DNA of 64,000 nucleotides from Chitinophagales bacterium (GTDB taxonomy: Bacteria; Bacteroidota; Bacteroidia; Chitinophagales; LD1). Location of the stretch: positions 87,395 to 151,394 of the forward strand of contig JAHBTS010000002.1 in NCBI GenBank assembly GCA_019638515.1, read 5' to 3'. The stretch's first letter is position 1; each line of letters begins with the position of its first letter. Under the pieces are notes generated by a model, which had not been told where the DNA came from, searched no databases, and saw nothing but the letters and a program-made list of their open reading frames with translations. This document shows, piece after piece, positions 1-8,400 of the stretch. A program made the translations under genes and the position numbers.

Positions 1-278
1 CTAAGCAGCAAGAAAAGTCTAAACCTGCCGAGAACAAAGCGAAAGAGAGTAAACCGCAAGACGATAAAAAGCTAAAAATGGCACTGCAAAAAATAGAGTC
101 TAAAATTGCAGAGCTAGAAAAGCAGGTTGCCGATGCCGAAAAGAAATTGCAAGACCCGGAAGAGTTTCAGAAATTGCAGAGCAACCAAGATTTTTTTAAG
201 AAATATGATGATTTAAAAAAGGAGTTGGCAGCACAGATGCAAAATTGGGAGGCCACTGCGCAACTTATTGAAGCATAA
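1..278 (+). CDS. ABC-F family ATP-binding protein, C-terminal fragment (5' end lies outside the window)
   Basis: Frame 3 is open from the window edge (KQQEKSKPAENKAKESKPQDDKKLK) into tracked ORF 78..278. The Lys/Glu-rich coiled-coil tail (IAELEKQVADAEKKLQDPEEF) resembles ABC-F C-terminal extensions. No ATPase motif lies inside the window. Confidence 0.45.
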   Translation, partial: KQQEKSKPAENKAKESKPQDDKKLKMALQKIESKIAELEKQVADAEKKLQDPEEFQKLQSNQDFFKKYDDLKKELAAQMQNWEATAQLIEA

Positions 279-283
279 ATAGC

Positions 284-580
284 ATGACTAAAAGAAAGTT
301 ATTTTTTACACTAATAATTTCGAGTGTTGCATACACCTTATTGGTGCTACCTGCTTCATTTTTGGCATTTAACAGCCCCTTTATTCGTAAGGGCGAGCTA
401 AGCGGCTCTGCGATAGAGTGGATAAACTACATTGCCATTATTAGTTTTCCTGCTGTGGTTCTTACCGGTATATTTTCTGCTTGGAGTACTTATTTTAATG
501 ATGAACTACGTTGGAGTTTATTTTGTATCGCCATGCCTTTAATAAATCTGCTGGTTTATGCTTTAACCAGTTTATTTTAG
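284..580 (+). CDS. small hypothetical membrane protein (about 3 TM helices)
   Basis: ATG start 5 nt after the upstream stop. Three hydrophobic stretches. I recognise no motif. Confidence 0.5.
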   Translation: MTKRKLFFTLIISSVAYTLLVLPASFLAFNSPFIRKGELSGSAIEWINYIAIISFPAVVLTGIFSAWSTYFNDELRWSLFCIAMPLINLLVYALTSLF

Positions 581-586
581 CCGCAC

Positions 587-2086
587 ATGCGGGCTTTTTT
601 CTCCTTTTTATTTATGGCAGTGCTGTTGCTGCTTTTAACCATAAAATTTGGTTATGAGTTTGGCTACAACGATCAAGTTGAATTGCTGCCCTATTCCTAT
701 TACTTAGCACATCAACAATTTTACACGCACGATTTTTTTATTCAAGGATTACACGCTTCGTTGCCAAATGAACGGACGGTAATGGCATCTGTACTACTTC
801 CATTTATAGATAATATAGCATGGTGGAATATTGTTTTTCATATTGCCACATCGCTGCTTTTGTTTGCAGGCTTATTGCGGTTAGCAACATTGCTATCCGG
901 AAGTTTGTTTATTGCCATGTTAGCTGTGGCAATTTCGCTTGTTGTGCTAAACGATTATGGCATTGGTAATAATGAAGTTTGGACTGCCTCTTTCCAAGCA
1001 AGCAACCTTGCCGCAGCAATAATTGTATGGTGTTTTTATTTTTATGCAAAGCAGTACAATACAATTGCTTTTTTATTGTTGGCAGTTGCCAGTATCATTC
1101 AACCTTTGGAAGGCTTAAATGTGTTTTTCGGCATGGTTGCTTTTTCTTTATATAACTGGAGGAAAACCAAACAGATTCAACCCAAAGTTGTATTTGCAAT
1201 TGCGCTGTATTTGCTCACTGCGGGAGTGTTTATGCTATTGCTGTTTATGGCAAAATCGAATGCACAAAGCTCAATAAATTCAACGGATTTGTTTTCTATT
1301 TTATTCTTGTTTAGGCATCCGCACCATTTTATTTTCAGTGAATTTCCCATTCATAAAATTGCAGCTACTTTTCTGCTTGGCATGGCAGCAGCAACGTTGT
1401 TTTTCCATCAATATACTCAGCTTTCTTTTTGGATAGTTTTGGGGCTAGTAGGCATATTGATATACGCTTTGTTTACCGATGTATTGCACTTTATTCCTGT
1501 TGCAAATTTTCAATTTTACAAGGTAGCGCAATGGATAAAGTTTTTTGGTGTAGTAGCAATGGCGAAATGGCTGCATTCTTTTTTGGTAGTACGTTTTAGC
1601 GAAAGAAGGCTGGCGGCATTAGGTGTAACTGCATTCTTAGTGATACTTGCATTTGCATTTAAAAACATCAATAGCAAACAGGCTTTATTTTGGCATGGAG
1701 ATGCAGATATGGTTGCCATTTGCAAACAAATTGAAATTGAAACTCCGGTGCAGGCGGTGTTTATTCAGCCATTTGAAAATACAGAACTCAAATGGTTGGG
1801 AAAACGCAGCAGCTATGTGGAATTTAAGGCAAATGTACGCAACAAACAATTTGTGGGAGAATGGTACCGAAGGCTGCAAGAAGTGTATGGAATTACAGCA
1901 AATGACGGTGTAAAAGGCTTTGCATTACAACAGAAAGCCAACTATAACTTCAGCCATTTAAACTTACAGCAGTTGCAGCATTTAAAGCAAGAAGGGGTAA
2001 CGCATCTGCTTACTTTTTCATCGGTAAAGATAGATTCACTTCAACCCATTTTGCAAAACAATAGCTATGCAGTATATCAACTTTAA
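587..2086 (+). CDS. hypothetical polytopic membrane protein with a soluble C-terminal domain of about 130 aa
   Basis: 499-aa ORF with many hydrophobic helices over the first ~370 aa, followed by a hydrophilic tail. It overlaps the next gene by 20 nt. Any resemblance to GT-C-type membrane enzymes is a guess only. Confidence 0.55.
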   Translation: MRAFFSFLFMAVLLLLLTIKFGYEFGYNDQVELLPYSYYLAHQQFYTHDFFIQGLHASLPNERTVMASVLLPFIDNIAWWNIVFHIATSLLLFAGLLRLATLLSGSLFIAMLAVAISLVVLNDYGIGNNEVWTASFQASNLAAAIIVWCFYFYAKQYNTIAFLLLAVASIIQPLEGLNVFFGMVAFSLYNWRKTKQIQPKVVFAIALYLLTAGVFMLLLFMAKSNAQSSINSTDLFSILFLFRHPHHFIFSEFPIHKIAATFLLGMAAATLFFHQYTQLSFWIVLGLVGILIYALFTDVLHFIPVANFQFYKVAQWIKFFGVVAMAKWLHSFLVVRFSERRLAALGVTAFLVILAFAFKNINSKQALFWHGDADMVAICKQIEIETPVQAVFIQPFENTELKWLGKRSSYVEFKANVRNKQFVGEWYRRLQEVYGITANDGVKGFALQQKANYNFSHLNLQQLQHLKQEGVTHLLTFSSVKIDSLQPILQNNSYAVYQL

Positions 2087-2891
2087 TGGTGAGTTAATGG
2101 CAGAAGATGCTGCAATATTTTCTGCGCATAACAGATTGCGCATGGGCGATGGCTTTTTTGAAAGTATGCGGATTTTCAATGGCTCCATTGCATTTTCAGA
2201 AAGCCATATCGGTAGAATTGAACGGAATACAAATACCCTACAAATGGAACTTTCAGCCTTTAATTTAGCTGCTGAAGTTGAAAAGCTATTGAAAAAAAAC
2301 ATGGTTGAAAATGGTAGAGTTCGGATTCAATTTTATAGAGTGGGCGAGGGGCGCTATTTGCCATTAAGTCATAAAGCCGGATTTGTAATTGAGGTAGAAA
2401 ACGATAGTGTGTTGCGCTACCATTGCCATTCAGTGAATAGAGTTGGGATCAGTTCTAGATATTTTAAATCTACCCACTTTTTAGGAAATATAAAATCGTC
2501 CAGTGCCTTGTTGCATGTTATGGCTTCGCTGGAAGCAGCAGCGCAGCAATGGTGCGATATAATTTTACTGAACGAACAAGGCTTTGTGTGCGAAGCATCG
2601 AGTTCGAATATTTTTATGGTTGAAAAAAATGGATGCGTAGTTACTCCACCACTAAGTTCTGGCTGTGTTAGTGGTGTAATGCGCCATGTAGCAATGGAGA
2701 TTATACATTCTTTAGGAGTAAATGTGGTAGAAAAAAATATTCCTCCCGAAGCACTCTTGAATGCACAAGAAGTGTTTTTCACAAATGCTTCGAAAGGAAT
2801 ACAAAGTGTGGCAAAAATTGCTGCCACTTCTTATCAATCTTTACTGGCAGAAAGGATTACAAGAGCATTAAACAAACAGCTGCTTATTTAA
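2067..2891 (+). CDS. class IV aminotransferase family protein / aminodeoxychorismate lyase-like
   Basis: 274 aa. The N-terminal pattern (NGELMAEDAAIFSAHNRLRMGDGFFESMRI) and the overall length are typical of the PabC/IlvE fold-type IV family. Confidence 0.7.
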   Translation: MQYINFNGELMAEDAAIFSAHNRLRMGDGFFESMRIFNGSIAFSESHIGRIERNTNTLQMELSAFNLAAEVEKLLKKNMVENGRVRIQFYRVGEGRYLPLSHKAGFVIEVENDSVLRYHCHSVNRVGISSRYFKSTHFLGNIKSSSALLHVMASLEAAAQQWCDIILLNEQGFVCEASSSNIFMVEKNGCVVTPPLSSGCVSGVMRHVAMEIIHSLGVNVVEKNIPPEALLNAQEVFFTNASKGIQSVAKIAATSYQSLLAERITRALNKQLLI

Positions 2892-5322
2892 ACACTATCT
2901 TCATTTCTACCCTACGGTTTTTCTGTTTACCTTCTTTGGTTTTGTTATCGGCAATAGGTTTGGTTTCGCCAAAACCTTCGGTTTCAAGTTTGGCACCATC
3001 TACACCTTTTCCGATTAAGTAGCGTTTTACAGCTTCTGCACGTTTTTGCGACAATACAAGGTTCTTTTGTTCATCGCCATCGCTATCGGTGTGTCCCTCT
3101 ATTGTCAATCCATAGGTTGGTTTATCTACCAATAACTTTGCCAATCCATTCAGCGAAATAAAACTGCTTGGGCGAATAACATCTTTGGCAGTTTCAAACT
3201 CTAAATTTTCAAATGCGTACTTAATTATTTCCAACTCTTTCTTCGCCAATTTAGGACAGCCTTTATTGGATTTATCTCCAAAAGTTGTTGGACATTCATC
3301 ATCTTTATCCAATACGCCATCGCCATCGGTATCTTTGTAAGGGCAGCCTTTATTTTCTTTTGGTCCGGCTTCGCGAGGGCAATCGTCTTCATTGTCGTAC
3401 AAGCCATCGCCATCGCTATCGGGGCAACCTTTGTGAGCAGGATCGCCAGGTACATCTACACACGTGTCATCTTTATCAGGTACGCCATCGCCATCGCGAT
3501 CCGGGCAACCTTTTAAAGCAACAACACCTGCCAATTCCGGACACTCATCATCTTTATCGGCTACGCCATCACTATCCATATCCGGGCAGCCATGTAATTC
3601 TACCACGCCTTTTTCATCGGGGCAACTATCGTTCATATCCAGCACGCCATCGCCATCGCGATCCGGACAGCCTTGTGTTGTACGCGGACCGGGTACATCT
3701 GGGCATTTATCTTCTGTATCTAAAATACCATCATTGTCGCGATCTGGGCAACCGCGGGCTTCCCAGCTTCCTTTTTCTTTTTTACATTTATCTTCTCTGT
3801 TTGATACAAAATCTTTATCGCGATCGCGGTGTTTGCGTGCAAGTATCGGCACTTTCAACGCCACGTGTACATCTCCATTATACATGAATTTTTTGGCTCC
3901 CATTAAGCCCAATAGATCACTTGTACCTACAATGAGCGGACCAATTCTTAATGTAGTTCCAAGTCCTACATTTCCAAGCATATCGTACGAAACAGGTAGG
4001 TAAAACCCAAAATAAGTCCAGTCTAAATGCGGTGTAAAGGTAAATGTGGTGATATGGTGAACACTATTATCGCGGCTCATGCGCGGTGCCACACTTGCTA
4101 ATGCGTGTATGCCGAAGAAATGAAATGGATTGTAATCTACCCAAAAATTGAACCGTGTTGGCAACCACATGGTATAAGTAGGTTTTGTTTTTTGTGATTG
4201 TACTATATCAAATCCGGGTGTTAAGCGAATGGTGTCGCCAATGCTTTGCAATCCATCGTTGGCCTTGAAATCATTAACATACCAATCTTGCTTGTTTACA
4301 TTAAATTCATAGCTATACTCTGAACGTTTAAAACGAACCCTGCCTAAATCGGTCATAGAAAAGCCTGCTTGAATGGTGTATAAACTTTTACCTATATCGT
4401 ACCACTCTTTTCCATCCATTTTGTATAGGTATTTATCGCGTTGTGGCCGCCATTCGTAAACAGCAGCCAAATCTCCGGCAGCAGAAAAACCTCCATCTAA
4501 TAGTTTAAATGCATCCTTTACATATTGCCCAGCATTATCGCCACGATCTTTTTCAAAATATTCTTTAGTGGTAGGAGCTACCGAGTTTACATCTAAAACT
4601 CCGGATGTGTTGTAAATAGAAAGTGTATCGTAGTTCTGCCAACGAATATCTGCATTTCTTAAAACTGCATTGCCGCTAATTATACCTTGAATAAATTTAA
4701 GTGTGCCACCAACTTTTACATAATGGTCGCCTTTATTGTAAACCTCGCGCGAGTATGTAAAGCTATAATCTACCCAAGTCATAGTTTGAGCACTTAAATC
4801 GCCCTCTTTTATTCTTTGGTAATTAAATGGCTCTATTGAATCTGCTTTATTTCCCACGCCCCAATACGATACACGTGCAAGTTTTTGGCTTACATTATCA
4901 ATATTGGTAACGTGGTTGATATTCCAAGTAACGGCAATGGCATTTTTATGATTTTCTTTCTTTTTTCCGAAAGTAAACATGAATGAAAGTGGGCCTTGTA
5001 CTTGGAGTGCGGCATACACGTTTTTATTTTTTCCGTTGAGTCTTTCTTTTAAGTATGTTTCTTGAAAATCTACATCGGAATTTATATAGTTCTTCTTCAA
5101 GAAAACCTTAGGATCGATACCTACATAGTTGTTACCTGCCGAAACGCCTAGCCCAATCAATGTCATATCGAAACGATGCCTATCGCCTGCAATGGCAGGA
5201 TTAAAACCTACATTGGTAACACCGCCATATTGGCTGGCGCGTAAACCAAGAAAGTATTGAGAAAATCCCACGATTGGCGTAAGGTGTATGATGGTAGAAA
5301 GAATGAGTAGTGCCTTTTTCAT
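2884..5322 (-). CDS. OmpA family outer-membrane protein with an N-terminal beta-barrel-like region and thrombospondin type 3 repeats
   Basis: Signal peptide. Six DxDxDGxxDxxDxCP calcium-binding repeats. C-terminal OmpA-like domain (IEGHTDSDGDEQKNLVLSQKRAEAVKRYL). Confidence 0.9.
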   Translation of the reverse strand: MKKALLILSTIIHLTPIVGFSQYFLGLRASQYGGVTNVGFNPAIAGDRHRFDMTLIGLGVSAGNNYVGIDPKVFLKKNYINSDVDFQETYLKERLNGKNKNVYAALQVQGPLSFMFTFGKKKENHKNAIAVTWNINHVTNIDNVSQKLARVSYWGVGNKADSIEPFNYQRIKEGDLSAQTMTWVDYSFTYSREVYNKGDHYVKVGGTLKFIQGIISGNAVLRNADIRWQNYDTLSIYNTSGVLDVNSVAPTTKEYFEKDRGDNAGQYVKDAFKLLDGGFSAAGDLAAVYEWRPQRDKYLYKMDGKEWYDIGKSLYTIQAGFSMTDLGRVRFKRSEYSYEFNVNKQDWYVNDFKANDGLQSIGDTIRLTPGFDIVQSQKTKPTYTMWLPTRFNFWVDYNPFHFFGIHALASVAPRMSRDNSVHHITTFTFTPHLDWTYFGFYLPVSYDMLGNVGLGTTLRIGPLIVGTSDLLGLMGAKKFMYNGDVHVALKVPILARKHRDRDKDFVSNREDKCKKEKGSWEARGCPDRDNDGILDTEDKCPDVPGPRTTQGCPDRDGDGVLDMNDSCPDEKGVVELHGCPDMDSDGVADKDDECPELAGVVALKGCPDRDGDGVPDKDDTCVDVPGDPAHKGCPDSDGDGLYDNEDDCPREAGPKENKGCPYKDTDGDGVLDKDDECPTTFGDKSNKGCPKLAKKELEIIKYAFENLEFETAKDVIRPSSFISLNGLAKLLVDKPTYGLTIEGHTDSDGDEQKNLVLSQKRAEAVKRYLIGKGVDGAKLETEGFGETKPIADNKTKEGKQKNRRVEMKIVFK
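3253..3825 (-). repeat. six tandem thrombospondin type 3-like repeats (coding, inside the OmpA gene)
   Basis: Repeated GCPDxDxDGxxDxxDxCP units at aa ~500-690. The GAT/GGC-rich codon periodicity creates long spurious antisense ORFs. Confidence 0.8.
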
Positions 5323-5496
5323 AAGGATGTAATTTGGATTATTTTAACAAAGATACACTATGGATACATTTGCCAAAACAAAGCACTCATATTTATTTTT
5401 TTTAGAACAGGAAGTCCTGAATACTAACTTTTTGTTCCACAACTGCAACATTTTTAGTTAAAATCAGTATAGAACGGGAGGAAAACTATCCTTACC

Positions 5497-8400
5497 ATGA
5501 AAAAATTTCTCTCCCTATTGGTAATGCTAGCATTTAATGTGGCTTGCATTTATGCCCAATGTTCGGGTTGTAACACTACCGTAAACAGCAGCAATGGCAC
5601 TAATCGGTCGGTAGATAACAACAAAAAACTATGTTTTATAGGAGGTACATTCACAGGAAAAATTACCAAAATAAAGTCAAATGGTAGAATTTGTGTTGCT
5701 GCCGGAGCTACATTTTCTCCATCGGAAATTAAAAACTTCGAAGGAACTATTGATGTGTATGGCACGGCCAACTTACCTGCATTTACGCCATCTTCGGGTG
5801 CTAAGATAAACAACTACGGTACTGTAAATTTTACGGGAGGCATTACTTTTAATAACGATTTAGATATTGTAAACAGTTCAAATGGTACGATGCACTTTGC
5901 ATCATCTACTACATTAGGCAACAATTCCAGTATTGTCAATAATGGTAAAATATATTTTGCTGGCGATTTATCGGTGCCATCGGGCAATACTTTTACTAAT
6001 AACAATATTGCACGTTTTTCAAACAATATCTCTACCGGAGGTTCTTTTACAAATAGTGGCTTGTTAGTGGCAGTAAATGCTTTTGCTGTTACGGGAGGCA
6101 CTTTTGTAAATAACTGCCGTTTGGTGGCTTTGTCTTTTACCAATACAGGTTCCTCAACTACCAATAAGGGTTTAATATGGGTTGCGGGTGGATCTTCTGC
6201 CGTGCAATTTAATGGAGGAACTTTTACGCAAACGTCTAATGGAGAAGTAAGAGGCGTGCATTTTCAAAATGCTGCTACTGTTAAAGGTTCAGGCAAATAC
6301 TATTTTACGGGAACCACTACTAACACAAGTAGCTTTGGGAGCGATGGTGGAGGCATTAACTTTTACGATGTACAAGTTTCCGGTGGGGGCTCAAAAAAAT
6401 TCGACAACCAAAATTCAAGTCCCCATAATTCTGTAGTTAGAACTGCTTTTACGCCAAGCGATACTGCAGGGGCGGCTCCCGGAAATTGTTCTTCTAACTA
6501 TTGTTCGCCCATAAGTGCCAATGCCGGAAGCAATCAGGCAAGTTGCAATGGCTCAAGCTCATTTACAATGTCTGCAAATTCAGTTTCCGGTGCTACCGGA
6601 GTTTGGACTGTTGTAAGCGGTACCGCTACTATAAGCAATACTTCATCTCCTACTGCGGTGGTTACTATTACAAGCGGTTCTGCGGCTACACTACGTTGGA
6701 CATTAAGCAACTCTTGTACATCTAGCAGTAGCGATGTTTCACTTTCTCTATCGAGTTTTACAGTAAACTCTACTACTACAAACAGCACTTGCGGTTTATG
6801 TAGCAATGGTACTATTGCTATTACACCAAACGGAGGAGACGCTCCTTACAATTTTACATGGAGCGATGGTATTTCAAGCCAAAACAGAACAGGATTGGCA
6901 GCAGGTAGTTATTCGGTAACGGTGCGAGATAATAATGGTTGTACCATTACCCACAACGATACCATTTACCTTCCATTAGCAGTAAATATTGCAAGTTTAA
7001 GTGCCTGCAATATTGCAAGTGGCGGTGCGGCACAAGCAAATCCGAGTGGAGGAAAAGCTCCATATCAATACAGTTGGAACACAGGCGAAACCACACAAAA
7101 CATTTCGAATTTAACCTCTGGAAATTATACAGTAACGGTAACAGATGGACAAAGCAATACGGCAGTGCAGACTGTAACAATTTCTAATACGATTGTAAAT
7201 ATTTCATTTAGTCCCGCAGCACCTGTAATCTGTAGTGGCAGTAGCATTCAAGTTACAGCGAGTGGTGCATTGTCTTATAGTTGGTCGCCATCTACGGGTT
7301 TAAGCGCTTCTAATATTGCCAACCCAATTGCTAATCCTACTTCAACTACAACTTATACCGTATCTACTATTGCCAGCACAAACGATTTGGTTACAAACGG
7401 AGATTTTAGTTTAAGCAATACGGGCTTTACCGGAGCTTACGGATTTGTGAGCGAAACCGATAATAATGCAGTGGGAGGAAAAGGTTTATACCCCGAAGGA
7501 CGATATGCCATAGATGCGGATGCTAAAGACTACCATCCCAATTTTGCAGGAAAAGGTAGAGGTGGCAGTGGCAACTTTATGATAATAAACGGTGCCGTTA
7601 TTGCAGGGCAAGCAGTTTGGAAACAAACTATATTGGTGCAACCCAATACATCCTATAATTTCTCTACTTACATCTCATCTGTGAACCCTGCCAATCCTGC
7701 CAACTTGCGGTTTCAGATAAATGGAGTGGTGCTTGGTCCTAATATAGTTGCTTCAACAACAGTGGGTAGATGGGATAAGTTTACTGCTACATGGTATTCA
7801 GGCTCAAACACCTCAGCTCAAATAGCGATTATAAACGACAACACTATTGCCGGAGGAAACGATTTTGGATTAGATGATATTTCATTTACAAGTACCTGCA
7901 TTTCTTCTTCGCAACTTACAGTTACTGTAAACCAACCACCAGTGGTGGGCTTTACCAAAACCGATATTACTTGCAGAGGTTTAACTAACGGAACTGCAAC
8001 GGTTGCAGGCTCCGGAACAGTTGCCCCATATACTTATACATGGAGTAATGGCTCTACTAATGCTACGATTTCAAACTTAGCGGTTGGTACTTACACCGTT
8101 ACAGTGCGCGACAACAAAACTTGTACCAAAGCAGGCTCTATAGCAATTGCACAACCCGCAGTACTTTCGGTGGTGGCAACACCAACCAATGTAAGTTGTA
8201 AAGGTGCAGCAGATGGAAGTGTTTCATTAGCTATTAGTGGAGGCACAGCTCCTTATACTTTTACATGGAGTAATGGTGCTACATCTCAAAATATAACAAA
8301 CTTAGCACCCGGCACTTACAGTGTTACTGTACACGATGCGCATAGCTGCACACCTGCCATAACCGCTGCAGCCATTACGCAGCCCAATGCTGTGTTGGCA

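Noticed and set aside
3285-4003. Two long plus-strand ORFs (200 aa and 179 aa) rich in His/Arg/Ser/Pro
   Set aside because: They lie antisense to the thrombospondin-repeat region of the OmpA gene. Their low-complexity sequence is the mirror image of the repeated GAT/GGC/CCG codons. There is no start context or recognisable domain.
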